From Candidatus Latescibacterota bacterium (lineage in GTDB: Bacteria; Latescibacterota; UBA2968; UBA8231), in the NCBI GenBank assembly GCA_965261395.1, contig OZ253462.1, positions 4,768,001 through 4,832,000 on the forward strand: a stretch of DNA of 64,000 nt. Reading direction: 5' to 3'. This document shows, one piece after another, positions 1 through 9,075 of this stretch. The translations under genes were made by a program, and so were the position numbers. The notes under the pieces were generated by a model. That model saw only the letters and a program-made list of their open reading frames with translations, had not been told where the DNA came from and made no database searches. Within the stretch, counting starts at the first letter, position 1, and each line of letters begins with the position of its first letter.

Positions 1-280
1 CGAAATCGGCCCCAGCGTCTTGGGCCTCTTGCACTAGCGGTCCTTGGGTAATGACTAAGACCTGGAGTTCCTTCCCGGTGCCGTGAGGCAACATCACCGT
101 GCCGCGCAGCGCTTGGTCGGCCTGTCGGCCATCGATCCCTAGATTGCAAGAAAGCTCGATGGTCGGGTCGTAATTACACGTTGGGAATCCCCGGAGAATA
201 TTGATACCCTCTTCCCACGAATAGGCCCTGTCGCGGTCGAAAGACGCCAAGGCGTTCCTGTATTTTTTTCCTCTGGCCAT
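1..280 (-). CDS. rplA: 50S ribosomal protein L1 (5' part, runs off the window)
   Basis: Hand translation from ATG at 280: MARGKKYRNALASFDRDRAY...LGIDGRQADQALRGTVMLPHGTGK; directly downstream of rplK. Confidence 0.95.
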   Translation of the reverse strand, partial: MARGKKYRNALASFDRDRAYSWEEGINILRGFPTCNYDPTIELSCNLGIDGRQADQALRGTVMLPHGTGKELQVLVITQGPLVQEAQDAGADF

Positions 281-317
281 ATCTTAAACCTCTTATGAGG
301 GTTGCGATGCGAAGCAA

Positions 318-740
318 CTACTCGATCAGGAGCCCCATGCTACGGGCCGTCCCCGCGATCATCGACATCGCGGCTTCCATTGAGGCAGCGTTCAAATCAG
401 GCATTTTCAATTCGGCGATTTCGCGCACTTGGTCCGAAGATACAACGCCGATGTGGTCCCTGTTGGGCACGCCCGACCCCTTGGGTTTCCCTGCAGCCCT
501 CAAAAGCAGCACCGCAGCCGGCGGCGTCTTGGTGATAAACGAAAACGTGCGATCGGCGTACACTGTAATGATTACGGGAATGATCAACCCCTGCTGGTCT
601 TGGGTCTGGGCATTGAAGGTCTTGCAGAATTCCATGATATTGACGCCGTGTTGACCCAACGCCGGCCCAACGGGCGGCGTCGGATTCGCCTGACCGGCCG
701 GAACCTGCAGTTTTATTTGGGCTATTTCCTTTTTAGCCAT
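318..740 (-). CDS. rplK: 50S ribosomal protein L11
   Basis: [40 protein letters not shown], canonical L11. Confidence 0.98.
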   Translation of the reverse strand: MAKKEIAQIKLQVPAGQANPTPPVGPALGQHGVNIMEFCKTFNAQTQDQQGLIIPVIITVYADRTFSFITKTPPAAVLLLRAAGKPKGSGVPNRDHIGVVSSDQVREIAELKMPDLNAASMEAAMSMIAGTARSMGLLIE

Positions 741-762
741 TTATTTTTTATCCCTCTGAAAA

Positions 763-1308
763 TCAGCCGACCGTCTCTTGGACCGGCTCGACCTGCAACA
801 CGTCCAATTCCACCGATGTACCACGTCCAAAAATGCTCACCATGATTTTCAACCGGCGCTTCTCCGGCAGCACCTCCTGCACGGTGCCGATAAAATCCTT
901 GAACGCGCCGTCGTTGACCTTGACCTGATCGTCAACGGCAAAGGGAATCTCCTCGACCTCTTGGTCTTTGCGGCGATCGACATGCCCCAAGATGCGGTCG
1001 ATTTCCTCTTGCCGCAGCGGTTGCGGCTTGCGCGCTGGGCCGACGAAGTTGGTCACCCCGGGAATGTTGGTCACCTGGTACCAAGCGTCCTTGGACATTT
1101 CCATTTCCACTAGCACATAACTAGGCAAAAACCGCTTCCTAGTCTTGGTCTTCTTGCCGGCGCGGAGTTCAACCACTTCCTCGGTCGGCACAACAACCTG
1201 AGCAATTGCACCGTTGGCAGCCTCCGACTCAATCAGCGACTCCAAGTAGGTCTTTACTTTATTTTCGTGCCCCGAATACGTATGCAGAGCGTACCAGCGC
1301 TGTGCCAT
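763..1308 (-). CDS. nusG: Transcription termination/antitermination factor NusG
   Basis: RWYALHTYSGHENKV NGN domain, C-terminal KOW with IMVSIFGR; secE-nusG-rplK synteny. Confidence 0.97.
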   Translation of the reverse strand: MAQRWYALHTYSGHENKVKTYLESLIESEAANGAIAQVVVPTEEVVELRAGKKTKTRKRFLPSYVLVEMEMSKDAWYQVTNIPGVTNFVGPARKPQPLRQEEIDRILGHVDRRKDQEVEEIPFAVDDQVKVNDGAFKDFIGTVQEVLPEKRRLKIMVSIFGRGTSVELDVLQVEPVQETVG

Positions 1309-1350
1309 GGCCTCAATCCGGTGTTAGCTCCCGTTTGCCGGGCGTAAACA

Positions 1351-1384
1351 AGGAAAAGAAGCGGTGCATGCGATGCGCCGCTTC
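1351..1384 (-). terminator. Intrinsic terminator-like hairpin between secE and nusG
   Basis: Minus strand GAAGCGGCGCAT-CGC-ATGCACCGCTTC followed by TTTTCCT. Confidence 0.5.
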
Positions 1385-1407
1385 CCTTAGATAGGCCCTA
1401 GCGGGAA

Positions 1408-1596
1408 TTACTGCCCTAGAAGTATCCCCCAAACAAAGGAGATAATCAGGTCGAACATGCCGATAAAAACCGCAAAGACCGCCGAAAAGACTAATACTAC
1501 TCCGGTGGAACTGACCAAATCCTCGCGAGTGGGCCAGCTCACTTTGGAGAATTCGGTCCGCACATCTTTGACGAAATTAGTAAGTTTATTCCACAT
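1408..1596 (-). CDS. secE: Preprotein translocase subunit SecE
   Basis: MWNKLTNFVKDVRTEFSKVSWPTREDL plus one TM helix; real start ATG 1596 because the longer ORF runs through tRNA-Trp. Confidence 0.95.
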   Translation of the reverse strand: MWNKLTNFVKDVRTEFSKVSWPTREDLVSSTGVVLVFSAVFAVFIGMFDLIISFVWGILLGQ

Positions 1597-1619
1597 CCCG
1601 TTCCCTAAATACAGAAGCC

Positions 1620-1695
1620 TGGCAGGGCAGACAGGACTTGAACCTGCAACCGCCGGTTTTGGAGACCGGAGCTCTACCAATTGAGCTACTGCCCT
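1620..1695 (-). tRNA. tRNA-Trp (CCA)
   Basis: AGGGCAGTAGCTCAATTGGTAGAGC...CCGGT-CT-CCA-AA-ACCGG...GGTTCAAGTCC...CCA, 76 nt. Confidence 0.97.
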
Positions 1696-1699
1696 ATGC

Positions 1700-1852
1700 C
1701 TAGCGGGCTTCCTTGTGGGCCGTGTGCTTGTGGCAAAAGCGGCAATATTTTTTGTACTCCACGCGGCTTGGCTGGCTTCGTCTATTTTTAGTTGTAGTGT
1801 AATTTTGCTGGCTGCATACTTCACATTCCAGCGTTATTTGATCTCTTGGCAT
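1700..1852 (-). CDS. rpmG: 50S ribosomal protein L33 (Zn-binding type), below ORF track cut-off
   Basis: [50 protein letters not shown], two CxxC pairs. Confidence 0.95.
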   Translation of the reverse strand: MPRDQITLECEVCSQQNYTTTKNRRSQPSRVEYKKYCRFCHKHTAHKEAR

Positions 1853-1890
1853 CAGAATTTGTCGTGTTTAGATAGAAGCACTTAGGAAAG

Positions 1891-1966
<76 letters not shown>

Positions 1967-1985
1967 TGCTATTGTTTTGGCGATC

Positions 1986-2062
1986 TGGAGCGGGAAACGG
2001 GACTCGAACCCGCGACCCCGAGCTTGGAAGGCTCGCGCTCTAGCCAACTGAGCTATTCCCGC
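1986..2062 (-). tRNA. tRNA-Gly (TCC)
   Basis: GCGGGAATAGCTCAGTTGGCTAGAGC...CGAGC-CT-TCC-AA-GCTCG...GGTTCGAGTCCC...CCA. Confidence 0.97.
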
Positions 2063-2101
2063 TCGAGCTGGATCAGTGCCCGTTTAATTTACAGAAGGCA
2101 T

Positions 2102-2130
2102 AATGTACAATAGTTTTTTTAATATGTCAA
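2102..2130 (-). promoter_or_regulatory. Sigma70-type promoter of the tRNA-Gly to rplA operon
   Basis: TTGACA-17 bp-TACATT about 40 bp upstream of tRNA-Gly. Confidence 0.75.
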
Positions 2131-2149
2131 GAAGACTCGGCGCGGATCC

Positions 2150-2191
2150 AAAACGCGAAACTCCCGGAAAGACGCGAGCCTTTCCGGGAGT
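2150..2191 (-). terminator. greA intrinsic terminator
   Basis: Stem ACTCCCGGAAAG/CTTTCCGGGAGT followed by TTCGCGTTTT on the minus strand, just after the greA stop. Confidence 0.65.
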
Positions 2192-2216
2192 CGCCAAGTA
2201 AACTGGATCCGCGCGT

Positions 2217-2687
2217 TCAGCGCGTGATCTTGACAATCCTGTAGTGCAGCTTGCCAACGGGCACTTGAATCTCGATTTCTTCCCCTTCTTCATGCCCGAG
2301 CAACCCCCTGCCTATCGGCGAAACCGTGGATATTTTCCCCGCTTCAAAATCCGCTTCCTCGGGCGCGACGAGCGTGTAGGTGAGCTGCCGCGCTTTCGCG
2401 AGGTCCTCTAGCTCTACGGTGGCACCGATGTAGACCTTGTCTTCTGGGATCGCCTCGTTTTCTAGCAGGCGGGCCCGGCTGAGTGTCTCTTCGAGCTTGC
2501 TGATGCGCTGTTCTAGGAAGAGCAACCTTTCTTTGGCCGCCGAATACTCGGCGTTCTCGGACAAGTCGCCAAACTCCCGCGCTCGCTGCAGCGCCTGGCG
2601 CACGGCCGGGCGTTCGGTCTCCTTGAGTCCCTTCAACTCGCCCTGAAGTTTTTCGTAGCCTTCTCGCGAAAGATATACTTCACTCAT
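2217..2687 (-). CDS. greA: Transcription elongation factor GreA
   Basis: AREFGDLSENAEYSAAKE motif and ISTVSPIGRGLLG; start taken as MSEVYLS. Confidence 0.97.
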   Translation of the reverse strand: MSEVYLSREGYEKLQGELKGLKETERPAVRQALQRAREFGDLSENAEYSAAKERLLFLEQRISKLEETLSRARLLENEAIPEDKVYIGATVELEDLAKARQLTYTLVAPEEADFEAGKISTVSPIGRGLLGHEEGEEIEIQVPVGKLHYRIVKITR

Positions 2688-2728
2688 ACCAAGCCTATAG
2701 CAGGAGAACAACATGCGCTATTCAATAC

Positions 2729-2758
2729 AAAAAGCGGAAGCGCGCTACCGCTTCCGCT
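2729..2758 (-). terminator. Terminator hairpin in the greA 5' leader (attenuator-like)
   Basis: Perfect 10-bp stem AGCGGAAGCG-GTAGCG-CGCTTCCGCT plus TTTT, between promoter and greA start. Confidence 0.65.
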
Positions 2759-2771
2759 GCTCAAGTAAATT

Positions 2772-2800
2772 AATGTACTAAAAACGGTGCCCAGGTGCAA
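2772..2800 (-). promoter_or_regulatory. Sigma70-type promoter of greA
   Basis: TTGCAC-17 bp-TACATT. Confidence 0.6.
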
Positions 2801-2809
2801 GTAAGGGAC

Positions 2810-2838
2810 TTGCCCAAGTTCGCCGCTCTCCTTTTAAT
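2810..2838 (+). promoter_or_regulatory. Divergent sigma70-type promoter of the sbcD operon
   Basis: TTGCCC-17 bp-TTTAAT; a TATAAT also lies at 2844-2849. Confidence 0.45.
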
Positions 2839-2903
2839 AAATTTATAATCCGATAACCCGAAACCCGAGCCATCCCTTCCCCAACAACGCACTCGCGCGT
2901 CTC

Positions 2904-4172
2904 ATGACCTTGACACTCCTGCACTTTGCCGATCTGCATCTAGGCGTCGAAAACCACGGCAGCCTGGACCCCAGCACCGGCCTGCATTCGCGGGTTCAAG
3001 ATTTTGCTGCCAGCCTAGAAGCGGTCTTCGACCTAGCCATTGAAAAGGCGGTCGATTTGGTCCTCTTCGCTGGCGACATGTACAAGAATTGCGATCCGAC
3101 CCCTACCCATCAGCGCGTCTTTGCCCGCCAACTCCAGCGCCTGCAAGCGGCCCGCATCCCCATCGTGCTGGTGGTGGGCAACCACGACGCGCCGGGGGCT
3201 TTCGGCAAAGCCACTTCGGTCGATATTTTCAGCACCCTACAGCTAGAGGGCATCCATGTCATCCGCCGCCCCGAGCTTCTGCGGATCGAAACAGCCAATG
3301 GCCCGGTGCAACTGGCCGGTCTGCCTTGGCCGACGCGCCATACCTTACTCACCCGCGACGAATACCGCGACCTGTCTATAGAGGAAATCCGCGTCGAGAT
3401 CCAAAAGATCTACGCGGCCCAGATCGACGAGTACGCCCGGCAGTTCGACCCAAAGCTGCCGGGCGTACTCATCGCCCACCTCGCCGCTGCCGATGCCGTC
3501 TATTCTGGGGGCGAGCGCACCGCCATCATCGGCCAAGACCCCGTTTTGCTCACCAGCACCCTTGCCAATCCCGCCTACGACTACGTCGCCTTGGGGCACA
3601 TTCACAAATATCAAGACCTCAACCCCGGCCAACATCCACCCGTGATCTATTCGGGCAGCCTAGAGCGTATTGACTTCGGCGAGGAAGGCGAAGACAAGGG
3701 CTTCTGCCTCGTACGCATCGAAGAGGACACAACCGCGCCGAGGGGCCGAGCAACTACTTTTGAGTTCGTCCCCGTCCCGTCCCGGCGCTTTGCGACCATC
3801 AAGCTAAAGGTGCTCGACGGCCAAGACGCCACCGAGCGCATCGTCGCGGCCTGCGCTAAGGCCGATCTGGCAGACGCCGTAGTCCGCGTCCTCTACGACC
3901 TGCCCGCAGGCTACACCACACCGGTGGACTTACAACAGGTGCGGCAGGCACTCGAACCGGCCTTCCACGTCGCCTCCATCCAGCCGCGCTTTGCCCCGGA
4001 AGTGATCCAACGCCGCGCCGAAATCAGCGAGGAGGCCGAGCTAGGCGATGCCCTCGACCGCTACATCGACAACAGCCCAGACCTGCAAGTACACCGTTCC
4101 GAGCTCAAAAACTACGCGCTCCACCTAGAGCGCGAGCTCGAATCCGGTCAACGCGACGAAGACGACGGATGA
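2904..4172 (+). CDS. sbcD: Exonuclease SbcCD subunit D (Mre11-like)
   Basis: HFADLHLG, FAGD, GNHD, ALGHIH and YSGS phosphoesterase motifs. Confidence 0.93.
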   Translation: MTLTLLHFADLHLGVENHGSLDPSTGLHSRVQDFAASLEAVFDLAIEKAVDLVLFAGDMYKNCDPTPTHQRVFARQLQRLQAARIPIVLVVGNHDAPGAFGKATSVDIFSTLQLEGIHVIRRPELLRIETANGPVQLAGLPWPTRHTLLTRDEYRDLSIEEIRVEIQKIYAAQIDEYARQFDPKLPGVLIAHLAAADAVYSGGERTAIIGQDPVLLTSTLANPAYDYVALGHIHKYQDLNPGQHPPVIYSGSLERIDFGEEGEDKGFCLVRIEEDTTAPRGRATTFEFVPVPSRRFATIKLKVLDGQDATERIVAACAKADLADAVVRVLYDLPAGYTTPVDLQQVRQALEPAFHVASIQPRFAPEVIQRRAEISEEAELGDALDRYIDNSPDLQVHRSELKNYALHLERELESGQRDEDDG

Positions 4173-7100
4173 TCCCCCTCTCCCTTTCGCTACGCAATTT
4201 TCTCAGCTACGGCGAGGAGGTGCCGACGCTCGACTTTACCCAGTTCCACGTCGCCTGCCTCACGGGCGGCAATGGCCACGGCAAGTCCGCCCTGCTCGAC
4301 GGGATTACCTACGCCTTGTGGGGCCAAGCCCGCAAAAGCCGCAGCGACGAAGAACTGTGTCGGATCGGAGCCATAGAAATGCGGGTTGACTTCGACTTCG
4401 CCCTCGGCGAAAAGCACTTCCGCGTCATCCGCAGTTGGCGCCGCACCAAGCGAGGCGTTCCGGCCCTAGACCTGCAAGTAGAAAGCGACGGCGTCTTCCG
4501 CACTCTCAGCGAAGGTGAGGGCATTAATCCCACCCAGCGGCGCATCAACGAACTCCTATCCATGGACTACGACACCTTTGTCAACTCGGCCTTCATTGTC
4601 CAAGGGCGCGCCGACGAGTTCACCCAGAAAAACGCTAGACAGCGCAAGGAGGTCCTAGGGCGCATTCTCGGCCTAGGACGCTACGACCAACTCCAGGGCA
4701 TGGCTCGGGTCCGCTATCAAGAGCACCAGCGCCAGAGCGAGGCTCTGCAAACCCGCCTCGGCGAGCTCGATGCCGAATTGGCCAAGCGCGAAGGCTACGA
4801 ATCCGATTTGCGCACCGTCGACGATCACCTCGCTCTACTCGGCAGCGAAATCAGCAATCGAGAAAAAGCGCAAGCCGAGTTGGATGCCCAGCGCCTAGCG
4901 CTGACGCAGATCCGCCAGCGCGTCGCCGAGCTAGTGAGGGAGCAGCAGCGCGTTGCCGAACGGGCGCAGCAGGTCGCCGCCGAACTCGAAAACCTGCGGG
5001 AGCAGCAGCGCCAAGACGGCGAAATCCTAGCGGCCGCTGAATCCATCGAGCGGGACTTTGCGACCTACAACCAGCTTCGCACGCAAATCCGCCTAATCGA
5101 ACAAAAAGCTCAAGAGCACGGCGAGTTAGAGGCCCGCCGCCGTCAGCTAGAAGAGCGAATCGCCCAGGCGCGCCAAGAAGTGGAGCGACAGCAAGAGCGC
5201 TGGGCGGCCACCCTCGGCGAGCGACAGCGACAGCTCGACGAGCACCGAGCCTTGCTCAATCGAGAACAGACCATCGCCATCCGCTACGTCCAATTCAAAA
5301 CCCTGAGCGAGCAGTACCAAGCGTTCGAGCAGGCGCGGATTCGCTATGAGGATCTCCTCGGCGAGCGCCGTCGCCTCGAACACGAACTATCACTCGCAGA
5401 GGAACGCCGCAAAAGCCAGCGCCAAGCACTAGCCAAGCAATTGTCTCAGTTAGAACGAGCCATCGCCGAAGGGGAAACTCTAGCAGCCCACAACCGTCAG
5501 TTACAAGCGCAACGGACCCAATTGCAGGCCAAAGTCGAGGAACAGGATCGCCTTAAGGACGAGGGCCACGATCTCAATGCCCAGATCATTGAACGGCAGC
5601 AGAAGCTCCGCGCCGAAGAGGAAGAACTGGCCAACGAGCGCCAACAGGCTCAGGTCTTGGCTAGTTCCGAGGACGCCAATTGCCCATTGTGCGGCAGCGC
5701 CCTCGACGTCGAACACCGCCAGCGGGTCGCGGCAGAACTCTCGCAGCGGGAAGACCGCCATCAAGAGCGCATCGCCGCCCTCGGTAGAGAACTCGTCACT
5801 CTCGACGACCAGTTGCAAAAGATGCGCGCGCACTACAAGACCCTCGGCGAGGAAATCGCTCCTCTCCAGCAGATACACCAAGAACTGGCCGCCGGGGAGG
5901 CCCGTCTTGGGCAATTGCGAGAGTCGGCCGCCGAGGCCCAGTCGCTAACCGAGCAATTAGCCACTCTCGACCGCGAACTCAGCGACCAATCATACGCCCC
6001 CAGCGAACGCGAACGCCTACACAAACTAGCCGGGGAAATCGAGCTATTGGGCTACAGCAGCGCCGAGCACGAGGCGCTGCGCCAAAAGCTCGCCGAGTTG
6101 CGCCCGGTCGAGGCCGAGCACGCCCGCTTGCAGGACGCCAAAAGCCAAGCCGAGCGGCTCAACAGCGATCGGGCCGAAGCCCAGAACCAACTCGACCAAG
6201 CAGACCGCCAGCTCGCCGAGGCCCGCTATGCCCAAGAGGAACGGGAACAACTCGGCCAAGTCGAGCAGCAGCTCGCAGCCCTAGGCTACGATAGTGCCGA
6301 GCACCAGCAGTTGCGCCTGCAACAAGACGACCTGCGCGACAGCGCGCGGCAATTCGAGCGCCTGCAAAACGCCCGCGAACGCCGTGCTTCGGCCAGTGAA
6401 TCGCGGGTGCGCTACGAGGCCGAAGCCTCTACTCTAGCTGAACAATTGCAGGCCGCGCAAAAAGAACAGGAAAGGTTACACCAACGAGCCTGTGAGTTGG
6501 AAGGCGTCGATAGGCAACTCGGCGAAAGCCAAGCCCTCTTGGAAAAGTTGCGGGTCGAGCGGGACCAACACCTCCAGCGCCGGGGCAGTATAGAAGCCCT
6601 GTGCGCGCGCTGCGCCGAACTGGCGCAGGAACGGGACGCGTTGCGCCAAGACCTGCAAGGCACCCAGCGACAGGCCTGGATCTACCAGCAGCTCGACAAG
6701 GCATTCGGCAAGGATGGGATCCAAGCGCTGATCATTGAAAATGCCGTACCGCAGATCGCCGACGAAGCCAACGCCATCCTCGCACGCCTAACCGACAACC
6801 GCATCCAAATCGCCTTTGAATCGCTGCGCGACCTCAAAAAAGGCGGCACCCGCGAAACTCTCGACGTCAAGATCGCCGACGAGATTGGCGAGCGCTCCTA
6901 TCACCTCTATTCCGGGGGCGAGGCATTCCGCACTAATTTCGCCTTGCGCATCGCGCTCTCCAAGGTGCTGGCCATGCGCTCGGGCACCCGTTTGCACACG
7001 CTCTTTATCGACGAGGGCTTTGGCACCCAAGACGAGCAGGGGCTGGAACAACTCATCGAAGCCATCCAAAAAATCAGCGAGGATTTCAAAAAGGTGTTGA

Positions 7101-7204
7101 TCGTCACGCATCTCGACCAACTTAAGGAGGCCTTTCCAGTGCAAATCGAAGTCGCCAAACACCCCGACTTAGGCTCGCGTTTCTCCGTGACGCAGCACGC
7201 CTAG
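4169..7204 (+). CDS. sbcC: Exonuclease SbcCD subunit C (Rad50/SMC-like ATPase)
   Basis: Walker A GGNGHGKS, long coiled coil, Zn-hook CPLCG, signature YSGGE, Walker B LFIDEGFG; ATGA overlap with sbcD. Confidence 0.95.
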   Translation: MIPLSLSLRNFLSYGEEVPTLDFTQFHVACLTGGNGHGKSALLDGITYALWGQARKSRSDEELCRIGAIEMRVDFDFALGEKHFRVIRSWRRTKRGVPALDLQVESDGVFRTLSEGEGINPTQRRINELLSMDYDTFVNSAFIVQGRADEFTQKNARQRKEVLGRILGLGRYDQLQGMARVRYQEHQRQSEALQTRLGELDAELAKREGYESDLRTVDDHLALLGSEISNREKAQAELDAQRLALTQIRQRVAELVREQQRVAERAQQVAAELENLREQQRQDGEILAAAESIERDFATYNQLRTQIRLIEQKAQEHGELEARRRQLEERIAQARQEVERQQERWAATLGERQRQLDEHRALLNREQTIAIRYVQFKTLSEQYQAFEQARIRYEDLLGERRRLEHELSLAEERRKSQRQALAKQLSQLERAIAEGETLAAHNRQLQAQRTQLQAKVEEQDRLKDEGHDLNAQIIERQQKLRAEEEELANERQQAQVLASSEDANCPLCGSALDVEHRQRVAAELSQREDRHQERIAALGRELVTLDDQLQKMRAHYKTLGEEIAPLQQIHQELAAGEARLGQLRESAAEAQSLTEQLATLDRELSDQSYAPSERERLHKLAGEIELLGYSSAEHEALRQKLAELRPVEAEHARLQDAKSQAERLNSDRAEAQNQLDQADRQLAEARYAQEEREQLGQVEQQLAALGYDSAEHQQLRLQQDDLRDSARQFERLQNARERRASASESRVRYEAEASTLAEQLQAAQKEQERLHQRACELEGVDRQLGESQALLEKLRVERDQHLQRRGSIEALCARCAELAQERDALRQDLQGTQRQAWIYQQLDKAFGKDGIQALIIENAVPQIADEANAILARLTDNRIQIAFESLRDLKKGGTRETLDVKIADEIGERSYHLYSGGEAFRTNFALRIALSKVLAMRSGTRLHTLFIDEGFGTQDEQGLEQLIEAIQKISEDFKKVLIVTHLDQLKEAFPVQIEVAKHPDLGSRFSVTQHA

Positions 7205-7217
7205 CCTCTTGCCCATT

Positions 7218-8183
7218 ATGACCCATTACGACGAATACCACGCCGCCCGCACTGGCGCGGCCCTACGCGACGCGCAAGCCTCGTTTCGCTTGTACATGCG
7301 CGGTGCCGATCATCTCGATTTCCTGCACCGCATGACCTCCAACGACTTCCATAACCTGCAACTAGGGCACGGCCTCGAAGCGGTCTTTATCGAACAGCGG
7401 GCGCGGATTCTCGACCTCGCCACCTGCTATCGCAGCCCAGACTCCACCGCCTTGATCCTAAGTCCCGATTCGCGCGCCACAATTCCCGCTTGGTTGGACC
7501 GCTTTATCTTTGCCGAGGCCCTCGAATTGGCAGACCGCACAGACGAGACGGCCATGTTCGAGCTTATCGGCCCACACGCCGTCCGGCTAGTCGCCCACCT
7601 ATTGGACGCGGATCTGGCAAAATTTCAGGATCACCAACTGCTCGATCCACAGGTTGTGGACGGCCTGTGGCTGGCGCGCACGGCCGAGCCAGGGCTGCGC
7701 GCCTTCGGGCCACCCGCCGCCGTGGATCCCCTTTGGCAGCGTCTTACCGCCGCAGGTGCTCATCCAATAGGGGCGGCGACGTGGGAAATCCTGCGCGTCG
7801 AACAGGGCCTTCCCCTGCTCGAGCGGGAGTTGACCCAAGATTACAACCCCTGGGAAGCGGGGCTTGATCGCGCTATTCATTTAGATAAAGGCTGCTATAT
7901 CGGCCAAGAAGTCATCGCCCGCCTAGACACCTACGACAAAGTCAAGCAGCATCTAGTCGGGCTGCGGCTCTCCGACGCCGAACTACCGGCAACGGGGCAA
8001 CCGCTGCGCGATGGAGCGCGCGAAGTAGGGCGCATCACTTCTGCGGTCCATTCTCCAAGCCTCGGCCCGATTGCTCTCGCCTATGTGCGGCGGAGCGCTT
8101 GCGCCGAGGGCACTGCGCTAGATGCGGCCGGAGCGCAGGCCACCGTAGTTTCCCTGCCTTTTTTGTTGCATGAGTCCCGCTAG
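7218..8183 (+). CDS. ygfZ: Folate-binding GcvT-like protein YgfZ/CAF17
   Basis: Signature KGCYIGQEVIAR and GcvT C-terminal barrel. Confidence 0.85.
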   Translation: MTHYDEYHAARTGAALRDAQASFRLYMRGADHLDFLHRMTSNDFHNLQLGHGLEAVFIEQRARILDLATCYRSPDSTALILSPDSRATIPAWLDRFIFAEALELADRTDETAMFELIGPHAVRLVAHLLDADLAKFQDHQLLDPQVVDGLWLARTAEPGLRAFGPPAAVDPLWQRLTAAGAHPIGAATWEILRVEQGLPLLERELTQDYNPWEAGLDRAIHLDKGCYIGQEVIARLDTYDKVKQHLVGLRLSDAELPATGQPLRDGAREVGRITSAVHSPSLGPIALAYVRRSACAEGTALDAAGAQATVVSLPFLLHESR

Positions 8184-9075
8184 GACCGGCGGACACCGCA
8201 AGATAGTCCACATTGGGATTGATAGCGGCCCGCCCAGCCGCGACACCCGGGTTTGCGCCGAATTCGCCGCGCTCCTGCGCGAATACACCGATTGGATCGA
8301 ATGGGGCGACGGCTACGCCATCCTCGACGTCACCGACAATAAGCTCGACATCCCCTTCGGAATGCGCGTCGCCAAGATGATCAAGAGCGATATCAAGCGG
8401 CAGCTAGGCTGGAGCGTTTCCGTGGGGTTAGCGCCCAGCAAGTTCTTGGCGCGGCTGGCCATGGAGCGCCAGCGGCCCGATGGCCTGACGGTCGTGCTGC
8501 CCGAACAGATACGGGAATTTCTCGCCGACGTGCCCATTGACCAACTCCCCGGCGTGGGGGCCATTACGCGCCAGCAACTCGCGGCCATGCAAATAGAGCG
8601 CGTCGGTTCGCTAGCCCAAGTGCCGCTGAACGAACTCGTGCGCCGCTTTGGCCAGCGGGGCAGCAGCTTTTGGCACCTCGCCCAAGGCTGGGACGACGAC
8701 CCCGTCTCCCCGGTCGAGCAACTCAGCCAAATCCGTGAGGAAACCTCCTTTGCCGCCCCGATGTACACCCGTGAGGAAATGCGCGATGCCTTGCGCGAAC
8801 TCGCCGCCGTGCTCTGTGGGCGCTTGCGGCGCAGGGGACTACAAGCGCGCGACGTCATCCTAGAGGTGCGCTATCCGGATTTTCGCACCGCGACGCGCAC
8901 ATCGCGCTTAGCCACCTTTACCGACCGCGCCCAAACCGTCTTCGCGGCCGCCTGCGAGCTGTTAGAGGACACAGAGGCCAGCGACTTGGGCACGCGCCTG
9001 CTCGGCATTGGGTTGGGGGGATTTGCCGACGGGGAGATCGAACAGCTCGATCTGTTCACCGGTGAAAAACGCTAG
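8170..9075 (+). CDS. Y-family polymerase (DinB-like), truncated with degenerate catalytic motifs
   Basis: SVGLAPSKFLARLA, PDGL, LPGVG thumb, little finger VRYPDF...RLLGIG, QLDLF clamp motif; palm motifs altered. Confidence 0.75.
   Translation: MSPARTGGHRKIVHIGIDSGPPSRDTRVCAEFAALLREYTDWIEWGDGYAILDVTDNKLDIPFGMRVAKMIKSDIKRQLGWSVSVGLAPSKFLARLAMERQRPDGLTVVLPEQIREFLADVPIDQLPGVGAITRQQLAAMQIERVGSLAQVPLNELVRRFGQRGSSFWHLAQGWDDDPVSPVEQLSQIREETSFAAPMYTREEMRDALRELAAVLCGRLRRRGLQARDVILEVRYPDFRTATRTSRLATFTDRAQTVFAAACELLEDTEASDLGTRLLGIGLGGFADGEIEQLDLFTGEKR

Noticed and set aside
1408-1824. 138-aa extended SecE
   Set aside because: The extension runs through tRNA-Trp and overlaps rpmG in another frame; the real start is ATG 1596.
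4700-6700. Repetitive Gln/Glu/Arg-rich DNA
   Set aside because: Ordinary SbcC coiled coil, not a DNA repeat.
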